A stretch of 63,929 bases of DNA, filler included, from Chlamydiia bacterium (GTDB taxonomy: Bacteria > Chlamydiota > Chlamydiia > Chlamydiales > FEN-1388), in the NCBI GenBank assembly GCA_903848235.1. It is 13 parts of 13 records of this genome, joined end to end, with 100 filler letters (N's around TTAATTAATTAA, not from the genome) between each part and the next. Parts side by side here need not be neighbours in the genome. Positions count along the whole stretch, not along the records: positions 60,424 to 62,278 come from CAINFV010000255.1; positions 62,379 to 63,929 come from CAINFV010000265.1; 11 more parts are not named here. One strand, written 5' to 3'. Shown here one piece after another: positions 61,768-63,929 of the stretch; positions within the stretch are counted from its first letter, which is position 1, and each line of letters starts with the position of its first letter. Below the pieces are notes generated by a model. The model was given only the letters and a program-made list of their open reading frames with translations. It was not told the origin of the DNA and did not search any database. The position numbers were made by a program, and so were the translations under genes.

Positions 61768-61919
61768 TATACCTCTTCTTGTTCAAAGTCGAGGTTACAT
61801 TTTTTTTTTCGAATAGCTTTAGAGGCTTTTGCAAAACTAGCAACGAATAGGATCAACAACCCAAAAAAAAGCGTACCGTGAGTTCTTTATATACCTCTTC
61901 TTGTTCAAGAAGAGGTATA
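61768..61919. repeat. Degenerate subfamily B palindrome plus a minimal 30-nt palindrome
   Basis: TATACCTCTTCTTGTTCAA at 61768; TATACCTCTTCTTG-TT-CAAGAAGAGGTATA at 61890-61919. Confidence 0.7.
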
Positions 61920-61951
61920 GCTCCCATGCTTCCGCTTTTTTTTATCCCTGA

Positions 61952-62278
61952 TCACTCAACAGGTGGCTGTTCTTCGACCTCTTCTACGGCAGGTAAAGCC
62001 TCTTGTTCCGGCAGTGCTTCTTCTTCGGAAAGAGCGATTCCCTCTTCAAGCTGAGGTGTCAGATCCCCTTCGCAGGGAGCTACACGCAGCACGGCGACAA
62101 GGTGGGCATCTTTAAGATTCGCCAAACGGACGCCTTGCGTATTTCTCCCCATGACACGAACATCTTTCAGAGCGATACGTATCGTCTGTCCTGATGAGGC
62201 TACCATCAAGAGGCTATCCTGATCTGTCACACAGAGGCCAGCGACGACAGCGCCATTGCGCTCGCTGGTGATAATCGA
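61952..62278 (-). CDS. gyrA: DNA gyrase subunit A, C-terminal fragment
   Basis: GQTIRI...VRVMGRNTQGVRL pinwheel repeat with acidic tail; gyrA-tmk-holB order. Confidence 0.9.
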   Translation of the reverse strand, partial: SIITSERNGAVVAGLCVTDQDSLLMVASSGQTIRIALKDVRVMGRNTQGVRLANLKDAHLVAVLRVAPCEGDLTPQLEEGIALSEEEALPEQEALPAVEEVEEQPPVE

Positions 62279-62379
62279 NNNNNNNNNNNNNNNNNNNNNN
62301 NNNNNNNNNNNNNNNNNNNNNNTTAATTAATTAANNNNNNNNNNNNNNNNNNNNNNNNNNNNNNNNNNNNNNNNNNNNA

Positions 62380-62640
62380 GCATTCCCCGGAAGACTTGCT
62401 ACGGTAAAATCCACAGATCCATCAGCGCCGGTAACCCCTGCTGCTGCAACCCCTGCTGCGACTCCTCCCTATCCTACTGCCGCTGCTGCGGCAACTTCTG
62501 CCAGTCCTGCTGTTCCTCCCCAACCTGCTGCAGCATCCCCAGCAGGGGCAGCAAGTTCTTCTTCCGCAGCTATACCACCAATGCCAAAAACCCCTGCACC
62601 GAAACCATTAGCCCCAATAAACCTCAAAGGGTTCCCCTGA
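62380..62640 (+). CDS. Pro/Ala-rich C-terminal fragment of an unknown protein
   Basis: Open frame ...PSAPVTPAAATPAATPP...INLKGFP*. Confidence 0.5.
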   Translation, partial: AFPGRLATVKSTDPSAPVTPAAATPAATPPYPTAAAAATSASPAVPPQPAAASPAGAASSSSAAIPPMPKTPAPKPLAPINLKGFP

Positions 62641-62643
62641 TAG

Positions 62644-63366
62644 TCATGAGCCTAACCGCCACGGACGTCGTGCCCACTTCCTCTTTCTGAGGATGGCACG
62701 ACGGACGAAGTAGAAGTTCGCATACAGATATTCTGCGCCAGAATACAGGGCATAGGCTGCAGCAGTAAGAACGATCCACATACTCGTCATCTTCAAAGTA
62801 GCTGTTGAGATAAGACCCAAAGAATGAGGGATGAGAAGAATAGTCACAGTGATAGCTCCCATCGCTTGAATCACAGACTTCACCTTTCCAGAAGATCGGG
62901 CAGCGAGAGCAAAGCCTCGTAATGCACAGACAGTCCGCAACGTGCTAATCACAGAATCTCGATAGATGAATAAAAAGACAATGACAAGCGGCAAGGAGAC
63001 AGGAGGCTGTGTAAAAGCTAAGAAAATAGAAATCCTCGAGATGCTGTCAGCCATAGGATCAAGCACTTTTCCAAGATCTGTCACCTGATCGAACTTACGG
63101 GCAAGATATCCATCAAGAGCATCTGAAGTCTCCAAGGCCACAAGGAAGACTAGCAAGACGTACGGCAACACAATCTCAGAGATCCCTAATGCTGTATGCT
63201 CGAGATAGATAAAGAGAAAAATAGGACTGATAAAAATCCTGATGAGCGTGATGACATTCGCTACTGTCAAAATAGTCGGACCGCCAATTGGATGCGCCAC
63301 GATCTGTTCTAATCGTCTTTGCATCTGACTATTTGAAAGCGCTGTTGCCTTGGCATCTAACCCCAT
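62644..63366 (-). CDS. pgsA: CDP-alcohol phosphatidyltransferase (PgsA family)
   Basis: ANVITLIRI, SDALDGYLARK..QVTDLGKVLDPMAD, GKVKS. Confidence 0.88.
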   Translation of the reverse strand: MGLDAKATALSNSQMQRRLEQIVAHPIGGPTILTVANVITLIRIFISPIFLFIYLEHTALGISEIVLPYVLLVFLVALETSDALDGYLARKFDQVTDLGKVLDPMADSISRISIFLAFTQPPVSLPLVIVFLFIYRDSVISTLRTVCALRGFALAARSSGKVKSVIQAMGAITVTILLIPHSLGLISTATLKMTSMWIVLTAAAYALYSGAEYLYANFYFVRRAILRKRKWARRPWRLGS

Positions 63367-63929
63367 ACTTCTCCTCGCAAAAAATGATTCAGTTCAGTAT
63401 TAGCCATTTTTTCATTCCGCAAAAGAAAAAAGTTCCAATCGACTATCAAACGATTCTTATGATTGGACATGGTATCCGTTTTAGAGCCTCGACATAACAG
63501 CTAGCGATTGATTTAGGCAAGATACCAGCCTCTTCACAAGCTTGCGGCCTCATCAATCAGGCGAATGTTTTGTCTACACTCTAGGAATTACACTCAGAAG
63601 AATTACTCAGAAGAATTATCAGGTTCACTAAAAGCCGACATCATGTATAATCAATTGAAAGCGGACTTAAAAAACACCGTTCAGTGTAAAAGATTTAAAA
63701 CCACACCATTCAACGGTTCTAGCCTGGACACATTGCAGTCAACCACATCCCTCCTTTAAACGTAAGGGAGAGGCTTGAGGGAAGAAATCTCCAAAGGCGG
63801 TTGACCAGACCCCTCGGGTATCCGAGGAGACAATTTTGTGGAATGGCAAGGGGAACCTTGCCGAAATAGGCTCTCCTTTGATGCGTTGCCAGTCCCGGAC
63901 TTTTGCGGTAGATGTTCATGCTAGAAGAG

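Noticed and set aside
63719..63929. Minus-strand ORF fragment at the window end
   Set aside because: Too short and truncated to assign

Overview
This window is 13 unrelated contig pieces joined by artificial 100-nt N/TTAATTAATTAA/N linkers (10120, 13623, 27536, 30172, 37501, 39923, 43152, 46352, 47983, 50349, 60324, 62279), so gene adjacency only holds within a piece. Most pieces look like an environmental Chlamydiota genome bin: rpsL-rpsG-fusA-rpsJ without tuf next to tsp, dksA-lspA, gyrA-tmk-holB, mcsA-mcsB, pcnB, glmM, nfo, asnS, mgtE and CCA-less tRNA-Arg/tRNA-Phe. One piece (40023-43151) looks archaeal (Methanothrix-like) and is probably bin contamination. The accessory content has many effector-like or eukaryote-like proteins: a RasGEF-domain protein, a Ser/Thr kinase broken at a G12 tract, a tandem pair of permuted papain-like (His...Asn-Cys) proteins next to an HDAC-family gene, a 2H phosphoesterase fusion, a non-canonical SecA paralog, and SpeD-like and Adk-like proteins with apparent signal peptides. 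Mobile DNA includes an IS3 nested in another transposase gene, an IS1634 abutting a group II intron D5-D6 remnant, a TnpB/IS605 right end, an unassigned element end that cuts three different genes, and a family of ERIC-like TATA-bounded palindromes. All calls are by-eye motif recognition; no searches were run.
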